Below, piece after piece: positions 57,722-64,000 of a stretch of DNA of 64,000 bases (position 1 is its first letter; each line of letters starts with the position of its first letter). The notes under the pieces were generated by a model. The model searched no databases. It was not told where the DNA came from and worked only from the letters and a program-made list of their open reading frames with translations. The translations under genes were made by a program, and so were the position numbers. The stretch is from a virus. The stretch is taken from positions 1 through 64,000 of IMG/VR virus record IMGVR_UViG_3300021127_000004, one strand, 5' to 3'.

Positions 57722-58786
57722 TTACCAATAGTTCTTTGTATCTTGTATCTTCCCAATAGAAGTTATACTTAATGGGTTTAAATATTGTATTATTTTCTTA
57801 CATTCTTTTAAATAGTTTGGTTCAGTTGCTTGCTTCATTTTAATATCTGAAAGCCTATATTCTATTCCTGCCCAAATTGCTTCTACTGAATATTCGGGGA
57901 CTTCTACTATTTTACCGCACCCTACGCCATTCGTCTGATAATTAACCAACAATCTAGTCGGGATTTTGCCACCCCTGCAATCGTTGTGGTGTGGTTTATA
58001 TCTTAGTTGTGTTCCACATTGTGATAACTTAACACCCCCCTTGTCATTCCCATCTACATCTGAATAAACTTGATTTTGGTTTATTTGTCTATCCCAATAT
58101 CTTTTATAACATCCACAATGATTGTTTAATAATTCAATGTTTTGTGGAGTATTGTCGGGGCATCCACAAGGCTTCAATGTAAGATTACAAAGAATAGTAT
58201 TGGTTTCTTTGATTGCTATTTCTAAGTCGGACGTATCGTTTACCAATAAGTAATCATCGTTATAATCATCCGTATAATCCCCCGTATTATCCCCATTTAG
58301 TGTATTGTATTTTTTATAAGGTAGTTGAACCCATTGTTGAATATCCCCATTAGGTAACATCCTTATCCAAGTATAGGAATAGTAATCAACACCACCATAA
58401 GTAAAAACATATTCAGAAGTCTTTACCCAATCCGTTTCAGTACTTGGCAAACCACCGCAAACACCACCACATTTAGTATTAGGTTTAGGGGTTACATTTA
58501 ATCTTTGGTTGTAGAATATTGGTTCTATTTCACCGTGTTTGTTTACAACCGCCGCCCCGAAAACCCTTTGTGCATCTTTTGGGATATTCACAAACAATCC
58601 ATCATTATCTTGTAAAACAGTTTGCCATACGCTTTGTTGGGACATTATTGTGTTCTTGAAAATATCTTTCCAAGTCCATTCTGCTGCCAATAAATAAGCA
58701 TCATAGTACTTCTTCTTATCAACTTGTTTTATGATAAAAAGTTGGTCTACAACTTCATCGAGTGAATATGTTTGTGCTGCTGCCAA
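57722..58786 (-). CDS. putative tail/neck structural protein, Cys-rich
   Basis: V.IP.D, CGG.CG, PCGCP, L.NYQ..G, VP.Y..EAI..GI.Y. Confidence 0.55.
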   Translation of the reverse strand: MAAAQTYSLDEVVDQLFIIKQVDKKKYYDAYLLAAEWTWKDIFKNTIMSQQSVWQTVLQDNDGLFVNIPKDAQRVFGAAVVNKHGEIEPIFYNQRLNVTPKPNTKCGGVCGGLPSTETDWVKTSEYVFTYGGVDYYSYTWIRMLPNGDIQQWVQLPYKKYNTLNGDNTGDYTDDYNDDYLLVNDTSDLEIAIKETNTILCNLTLKPCGCPDNTPQNIELLNNHCGCYKRYWDRQINQNQVYSDVDGNDKGGVKLSQCGTQLRYKPHHNDCRGGKIPTRLLVNYQTNGVGCGKIVEVPEYSVEAIWAGIEYRLSDIKMKQATEPNYLKECKKIIQYLNPLSITSIGKIQDTKNYW

Positions 58787-58978
58787 TTATTTGCGTTTGT
58801 TTGGTGTGCCTACTATTGCTTTGTGTGTTTGCTGAACGTGCTTTGTAACGTCACGCATAAGGCTTTTGTCGTTCCTTATTTCGTCTGCACGTTTCAATGT
58901 GTTTACAGCATTTTCAACTTGCCATTTCTTTTCTTGTTGTGCTTGCATCGCTCTAGCACTAATTTTAGGTATTGCCAT
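58787..58978 (-). CDS. small conserved-type phage protein
   Basis: KWQVE....TL.RA.EI..D pattern. Confidence 0.65.
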   Translation of the reverse strand: MAIPKISARAMQAQQEKKWQVENAVNTLKRADEIRNDKSLMRDVTKHVQQTHKAIVGTPNKRK

Positions 58979-58980
58979 TG

Positions 58981-59655
58981 CTATTGTTTTAAACTTTGTT
59001 TGTTAATTTCCCCCTCGGGTATTTTATTCTTATTATTATCTATGCTTTCTTTGATAACAACCCCTTTAGCCATTTCTTTAAACATCATTACGGTCTTTGT
59101 TATTACATCTGCTACTATCCCATCAGGGACTTCCATTGTGGGGCTTGCTTTAGGAACGTAATAAACCCTAATCTTATTTAAAGAAAAATCGCCCAAACAT
59201 TGAAAATATATTCCCGTGTTGTCGGTGTAGAATAAAATCTTATTCACCTTTGGCATATATTTTTTGTTCAAGCGTTTAGAGAAAGTTATCCTTTCTATTC
59301 CTGCATCGCACTTGGGGGAAAGTATCGCAATATCTTGTATCCCTACATCTTGGTTTGAATACATAAAGTGCATTACATCATCCCCAAATAAAACAAACTT
59401 ATCCCCTAACTTTTCATCTTTAACTTCTAAGTCGGAACTTGCTAAAATCCCATCCTCAAACCCAACTATTTCATCTTTACCCTCTTTCTTTAATTCTGCA
59501 TAAACCTGCCTATACGTTTGTTCGTATATTTGAGTTACTGCATCCCCTGCATTTCTAACAAAGTCCTCTATTTCAAAGAAGTCTGTCATAGACTTATATT
59601 CTTGAAAGAACAAGTCCATTGATTGTTGGGCAATATAACGTAGTGGCTTACTCAA
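58981..59655 (-). CDS. putative tail ring protein
   Basis: TTG start, 224 aa, ends ..DNN; structural context. Confidence 0.45.
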   Translation of the reverse strand: MSKPLRYIAQQSMDLFFQEYKSMTDFFEIEDFVRNAGDAVTQIYEQTYRQVYAELKKEGKDEIVGFEDGILASSDLEVKDEKLGDKFVLFGDDVMHFMYSNQDVGIQDIAILSPKCDAGIERITFSKRLNKKYMPKVNKILFYTDNTGIYFQCLGDFSLNKIRVYYVPKASPTMEVPDGIVADVITKTVMMFKEMAKGVVIKESIDNNKNKIPEGEINKQSLKQ

Positions 59656-59835
59656 TTAGATACGTCTTGTTTTTATTGTTATTCCCCCTACATTAATTGG
59701 CATCTGATTAGCATTAATCAATTTTGCTTTTGCTTGCTCGTATGTATTAGCATTGCCTACTGTTTGCTGTGGGGTTGTATTAAATTCGTTTTTTTGCCTA
59801 TCAGGGCAATTTTTAACACTCGGAGGACACGCCAT
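59656..59835 (-). CDS. small protein (59 aa, MACPPSVKNCP...)
   Basis: Hand-translated, fills gap exactly. Confidence 0.6.
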   Translation of the reverse strand: MACPPSVKNCPDRQKNEFNTTPQQTVGNANTYEQAKAKLINANQMPINVGGITIKTRRI

Positions 59836-59837
59836 AA

Positions 59838-60386
59838 CTAAAAATATTTAACTATTAAATTTATTAAGAACGACAAAACTACGACAAATATACACCAAAA
59901 AAACAAAATCCCGATAATAGGGTAATTTGCCCACAAAAATAGGTCTTTTATCAATAAGCAAGAAAAAAAATAAATAACACTACCATATACACTAGACATA
60001 CAAGTAGGACACTCTGAAATTGGGTTTCTAATCCATTCGGGGAAACGATAAATTGGTTCTTCTAAATAAAAAAATATCTCATCATCTGTAACTTCTATTT
60101 TGCATCCTATTTGTTCTTCTATTTCGGGAATTTTATTAATATCCCAAATGGGTTTTATTGCTTCTACCAATGCTTTCTCTGCATCCCCCTCGTAATAAAC
60201 TTTTTCAATCCCTATTTGTTTTTGCCAATAAGCAGACCACCCACTTACTATAAAACCTATACGCTTTACTCTTCCGTTTGGTTGTACTTCTAAACTATGT
60301 CTAGTCAAATAATGCCATTGATAAACTAAAAAGCTACCCAACACTAAAAGTATCGAGTAGCTTAATATGAAATTCAAAAAAGTCAT
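59838..60386 (-). CDS. membrane protein with CPxCxS motif (DUF1360-like)
   Basis: Three TM segments, P.SECPTCMSSVYG. Confidence 0.6.
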   Translation of the reverse strand: MTFLNFILSYSILLVLGSFLVYQWHYLTRHSLEVQPNGRVKRIGFIVSGWSAYWQKQIGIEKVYYEGDAEKALVEAIKPIWDINKIPEIEEQIGCKIEVTDDEIFFYLEEPIYRFPEWIRNPISECPTCMSSVYGSVIYFFSCLLIKDLFLWANYPIIGILFFWCIFVVVLSFLINLIVKYF

Positions 60387-62062
60387 TATCTAGCTAATTG
60401 ATTGTTATAAGCTAATTGTATATCTTCTTGTACTACAACACACTTACAAGTAAGTAAAGTACTAGCTACACTAGCTGCATTTTGTAATGCACACCTAAAG
60501 GCTTTTGCAGCATCAATAACCCCACTTTCTACTAAATTTTCGTACTTATCTATTTTGAAATTATAACCACCGTTTAATGGAAGTGCTTTAATAGCAGATA
60601 TGTCGGCGTTTTTAACTAGTGAATCATTTGTTTGGAATAACTTAGCCAACCCTTTTTTATCTTCAAACCCTGCATTTGCCCTCATTTGAAGGTACGGTGC
60701 TTCCAATGCTTTTGCAATGATTGATATGCCTAATTTTTCATCTTTGTTGTCATAAGGGATTTTTTCTAATGTGGGGATACATCTAATCCCCGTAACACCA
60801 CCACCTGCTACTATACCTTCTAATAGTGCCGCTTGTGAAGAACGAATAGAATCATCTACACGGTCTTTCTTTTCTTTTAATTCGCTTTCGGAGGTTGCCC
60901 CAACATAAATAACACCAACTTTACCTTCAAGCCTTGCAAGTCTTTGTTCTTTAGCTTTTTTATCAAAGTCGTTTGTTGAATTAGCTAAGTCTTTTCTTAC
61001 AAATTCTATCCTGTCGGAAACTAATTTTTTATCCCCACCGCCACCAAGTATAGTCGTGTTGGTTGAAGTAACAAGGATTTTATCGCAAGTGCCAAAATAA
61101 TCAACCTTAGTATCAATAGCCCTTATGCTATTTACATCGCTTATTAATTTACCACCAAGTACTGATTGTAAATCTTCTAGTATATCTTTTTGTGTTTCCC
61201 CGTATCCATCTGCTTTAATAATACAAATAGGTAATCCCCTTTGAGTACGATTAGCTAAGAAGAACATTAAAGGTTCATCTTCTATCATTGGGGTAATCAA
61301 TATGATAGGGGGATTTGTTTGTGTCTTATTTGCAATATCCAACCTAACACTAAGTATCTTTTTGGCTTCTTCCAAAGTACTTATTTTTTCGGTAGAAAGA
61401 AGTATTAATGGGTTTTCATATTGAACCGAAAAAGTATCTTGATTTGTGATATACAACTTATTAGTCCAACCCGTATTTAATTCAAGCCCCTCTACTAACT
61501 TAATGTATGTTTCCCCGTTTTGGCTTTCATCAATTCTTGCTGCACCGTTAGCCCCTGTTTGACTAATCAACTTTGCAACGTGCTTACCTATTTCTAAGTC
61601 ATTATTTGCTGAAATGGTTGCTATTTGTAGCAGTTGTTCACTATTGGGCTTTATTGGTAAAGCAATGTCTTTTACTTTTGCTACTACTGCATCTACTGCT
61701 TTGTTTATACCTTTAGTTATGGATATGGGGTTTGAACCGTTTTTTATAAGCCTAAACCCTTCGTTTATAATAGCTTGTGCTAAAACCATTGCAGTAGTGG
61801 TATTGTCCCCTGCTTCATCAACAGTATTACTGGCTACTTCTTTAATAACATTTGCTGCCCACGCCTCTCTTGGGTCACTAAGGTTTACATACTTTGAAAT
61901 GGTATAACCATCTTTTGTCAGGTCGTGGTAACTGTTAGTCCCCATAGCAACGGTGTTACCTTTTACCCCTAAGCTTACCTTTACTGCATCACAAATTTTG
62001 TTTACCCCTGCTAGGATTGCGTTTGTTGCATCTTCCCCAAATAAAATTTCCTTTGTTTTCAT
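60386..62062 (-). CDS. groEL: phage-encoded chaperonin GroEL
   Basis: TKDG, IATISAN, RLARL.G.V.VI.VG..E.E.KEKKDRVDD, EGIVAGGG, GVID, ALQNAASVA. Confidence 0.95.
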   Translation of the reverse strand: MKTKEILFGEDATNAILAGVNKICDAVKVSLGVKGNTVAMGTNSYHDLTKDGYTISKYVNLSDPREAWAANVIKEVASNTVDEAGDNTTTAMVLAQAIINEGFRLIKNGSNPISITKGINKAVDAVVAKVKDIALPIKPNSEQLLQIATISANNDLEIGKHVAKLISQTGANGAARIDESQNGETYIKLVEGLELNTGWTNKLYITNQDTFSVQYENPLILLSTEKISTLEEAKKILSVRLDIANKTQTNPPIILITPMIEDEPLMFFLANRTQRGLPICIIKADGYGETQKDILEDLQSVLGGKLISDVNSIRAIDTKVDYFGTCDKILVTSTNTTILGGGGDKKLVSDRIEFVRKDLANSTNDFDKKAKEQRLARLEGKVGVIYVGATSESELKEKKDRVDDSIRSSQAALLEGIVAGGGVTGIRCIPTLEKIPYDNKDEKLGISIIAKALEAPYLQMRANAGFEDKKGLAKLFQTNDSLVKNADISAIKALPLNGGYNFKIDKYENLVESGVIDAAKAFRCALQNAASVASTLLTCKCVVVQEDIQLAYNNQLAR

Positions 62063-62071
62063 TTTTTTAAT

Positions 62072-62371
62072 TTAAAGTTTACAAATTATATGTCTTTCGT
62101 ATGCTTCGACATAATCAATATTGTCGTATGTGGCGTTTGATACCATCCTTTCTTCATACTTTACCCTATCCCCTACTTTTACCGTTACGGGGATATGCAA
62201 CACAAACGGTCTGCCATCATCCCCCGAAAAAGCATAGATGCCATCCCCCACTGAAACTACTTCCCCCGTATTGGCTTTTTTCTTTTCTAAACCAATCATA
62301 TCATCGTTACTGCTTTCTACTTCATCGGGCTTTATTAATACCCTGTCATGTAACATTTTTGGTAAACTCAT
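62072..62371 (-). CDS. groES: co-chaperonin GroES
   Basis: LHDRVLIKP, GEVVSVGDG, VKVGDRV; upstream of groEL. Confidence 0.92.
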   Translation of the reverse strand: MSLPKMLHDRVLIKPDEVESSNDDMIGLEKKKANTGEVVSVGDGIYAFSGDDGRPFVLHIPVTVKVGDRVKYEERMVSNATYDNIDYVEAYERHIICKL

Positions 62372-63195
62372 TAACTAAAATTTTTTGATTTGATAACGTA
62401 ATTTATAAATTCTTGAACTTTTGCTATCCCTTTCCCGTTTATTGTAAATTTAGGAACGGTTGCATAAGCATATTCATTTAGGTATCCATTATTCATTAAG
62501 TACCTTATAGAGTTGGATATTTTTTGTTTTTGCCAAACCCCATCAAGCAACCCGTAAATACCTTCTTTAGTAAAAAACTTTGTCCTATTGACATATAATT
62601 TTAAAAGCAATTGTAAATCTATCTGCCTTAAACCAACAACGTCCTTGATAAACATTGTGCCAATACTAGCATTCGTTATTGTTTCTGCCACTAAGTCTGC
62701 ATTCTCTATTGAATCAAGTAATTCTAACTGTTCGGGGCTATCTAACCTTTTACTCCATTCTTTAGTGACATTCCCAACTTTATTAAAGTCCAACTGCCTT
62801 AAAACGCTTTCTTGATTACTTGCGTTACCCATTATATTGTAAAGGTGGATTATTTCTTTATCTGTTGTTGCATATACATTAAGGGATATTTGTTTTTTCT
62901 TAGCTTCGTGTATTTCCCCCTTGTTGTAACTTTTTATAAAGTCGTGTATCTGAACACCGTTATACAATTCAGAAGGGAAAAAAGAAATACTGAACCTTAC
63001 CCCTATCATAGCTAAAAAAGACATCCTTTCATCCATACTAGCACGGTCACAAAAGTTTTTAGTCTTAACTTCTGATTGTACCATACGCCTATACTTAATT
63101 GGTAAGTTATCCTTAACCTCTTTTTTTAGGTTATAGATAAAATCATAAGTGATTGCGTTTAAAATTGGTAGCCTTATAGTGTCGTGTTTAGCCAA
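62371..63195 (-). CDS. putative DNA-binding protein with C-terminal winged helix
   Basis: L...DLQLLL.LY...SIRYL..NGYL...FTI..KG MarR-like pattern. Confidence 0.55.
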   Translation of the reverse strand: MAKHDTIRLPILNAITYDFIYNLKKEVKDNLPIKYRRMVQSEVKTKNFCDRASMDERMSFLAMIGVRFSISFFPSELYNGVQIHDFIKSYNKGEIHEAKKKQISLNVYATTDKEIIHLYNIMGNASNQESVLRQLDFNKVGNVTKEWSKRLDSPEQLELLDSIENADLVAETITNASIGTMFIKDVVGLRQIDLQLLLKLYVNRTKFFTKEGIYGLLDGVWQKQKISNSIRYLMNNGYLNEYAYATVPKFTINGKGIAKVQEFINYVIKSKNFS

Positions 63196-63212
63196 ATGAG
63201 AATTTTTTTTGT

Positions 63213-63232
63213 TACTTTTGCTGTCAAAGATA
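63213..63232. promoter_or_regulatory. face-to-face overlapping -7 promoter elements
   Basis: TACTTTTG on plus (63213-63220) and TATCTTTG on minus (63225-63232). Confidence 0.7.
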
Positions 63233-63238
63233 TGACTT

Positions 63239-63439
63239 ATGATTGAATTAGAAAAAACAAATGAAAAATCTGCCGAAAAAATGGAGGTATATAGGAAAGA
63301 ACACGGGGTATCTTACACTTTTATAGCCAATAGAACCAATTACGCCCCATCTTATGTTAGAAGATGCCTACTTAAAAAGAATATACTTTCAGAAAATTTG
63401 CGTAAAAAAATAAATGAATTGTGGGGGACTGATTTCTAA
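63239..63439 (+). CDS. Xre/Cro-like HTH regulator
   Basis: GVSYTFIANRTNYAPSYVRRCL helix-turn-helix. Confidence 0.72.
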   Translation: MIELEKTNEKSAEKMEVYRKEHGVSYTFIANRTNYAPSYVRRCLLKKNILSENLRKKINELWGTDF

Positions 63440-63999
63440 GTCCCATATAATATTTTCCCTGCAAGAAAGTGGTCTAATAACCTATCTTGACTATAATTAA
63501 AAGAATATCCCTCTAGTTGTTTACATACATAAGGTTGGCATATCCTAAACTTATGTGTATCTATAAATTCATTTAAGTAGACATCTATGTTTTTAAGTTC
63601 ACCTTCGGGGGCTGCAAGTAATATATCATAAAGTGATTCTTTGATAATATAAAGGGTAGTACTATAAAATGCGTGTTGAACTACGTTGGTGGGGTAAGTT
63701 AATGTTGAATAAGAAACCCCCATATAAAAATCGAAGTCGGTTGGCATTTTCTCTAAAAAGTACGACCAAGCCCCCTTTGATGAAAACACTATATCATCTT
63801 CTGCTATTGCCACTTGCTTTAAACCTTTCTCTTTTGCATCCCTTACTATTGCTTTATGGCTTAAACAACATCCAAGCCCAATTACATCTGGTATATACTT
63901 AGCATCCCAAACTTTGTAGGCAATCCCCTGTTCTGCCATTTCCCAAATAAAAGACTTTTCACGCCTTACTGATTCTTTGTATTGGGGGCTATCTATTTG
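63436..63999 (-). CDS. glycosyltransferase family 25-like, 5'-truncated by window end
   Basis: GCCLSH, IAEDD, ID; frame stays open to the window edge (QIDSPQYKESVRREKSF...). Confidence 0.8.
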   Translation of the reverse strand, partial: QIDSPQYKESVRREKSFIWEMAEQGIAYKVWDAKYIPDVIGLGCCLSHKAIVRDAKEKGLKQVAIAEDDIVFSSKGAWSYFLEKMPTDFDFYMGVSYSTLTYPTNVVQHAFYSTTLYIIKESLYDILLAAPEGELKNIDVYLNEFIDTHKFRICQPYVCKQLEGYSFNYSQDRLLDHFLAGKILYGT

Positions 64000-64000
64000 G

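Larger units (their letters stand above)
1..64000. mobile_element. Bacteroidota-infecting tailed phage genome segment (crAss-like/podovirus organisation)
   Basis: Terminase, portal, capsid, lysis and ejection-type genes; dense small early ORFs; Bacteroidota TAnnTTTG promoter elements; no cellular housekeeping operons; no integrase seen. Confidence 0.93.

Noticed and set aside
17182-63902. Many plus-strand track ORFs inside long minus-strand genes (e.g. 31828-32409, 50674-51273, 58772-59161)
   Set aside because: Antisense shadows with Ser/Phe/Leu-biased composition and no promoters
1-64000. Stop-codon reassignment as in some crAss-like phages
   Set aside because: Long genes are intact in the standard code, TAG and TGA end genes at sensible boundaries, and no suppressor tRNA was seen
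1-64000. tRNA/rRNA genes, integrase, att sites
   Set aside because: None recognised; intergenic gaps are short and lack cloverleaf motifs

Overview
The whole 64 kb window is part of an AT-rich, lytic-type tailed phage of a Bacteroidota host, judged from TAnnTTTG promoters, Q-rule signal peptides and a crAss-like podovirus gene set. Bases 1-14.7 kb hold short early/accessory genes in alternating blocks. These include a beta-clamp-like protein, a DnaA domain IV protein, an HD hydrolase, an exported nuclease, a receiver-like protein and a metallophosphoesterase. Bases 14.7-63 kb are a minus-strand late region: endolysin, u-spanin, holins, fibre/lectin genes, tail proteins, auxiliary and major capsid, scaffold, portal, muzzle-like protein, terminase, an ATP-grasp/HExxE pair, ejection proteins including a 2835 aa giant, and GroEL/GroES. 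A GT25 glycosyltransferase is cut by the window end. The best candidate for a new system is five consecutive fibre/lectin genes next to the lysis cassette. All five carry Sec signal peptides with Gln at +1, and four are rich in Bacteroidota D-(S/T)-x O-glycosylation sequons, which suggests virion appendages matured and glycosylated in the host periplasm. Also notable are a strand-specific GCAGCGAA octamer packed into the first 3.4 kb, a second double-domain GroES-like gene, a GroEL with altered ATP-site motifs, and near-total GATC avoidance. All calls come from reading the sequence and motifs by eye; no searches were run.
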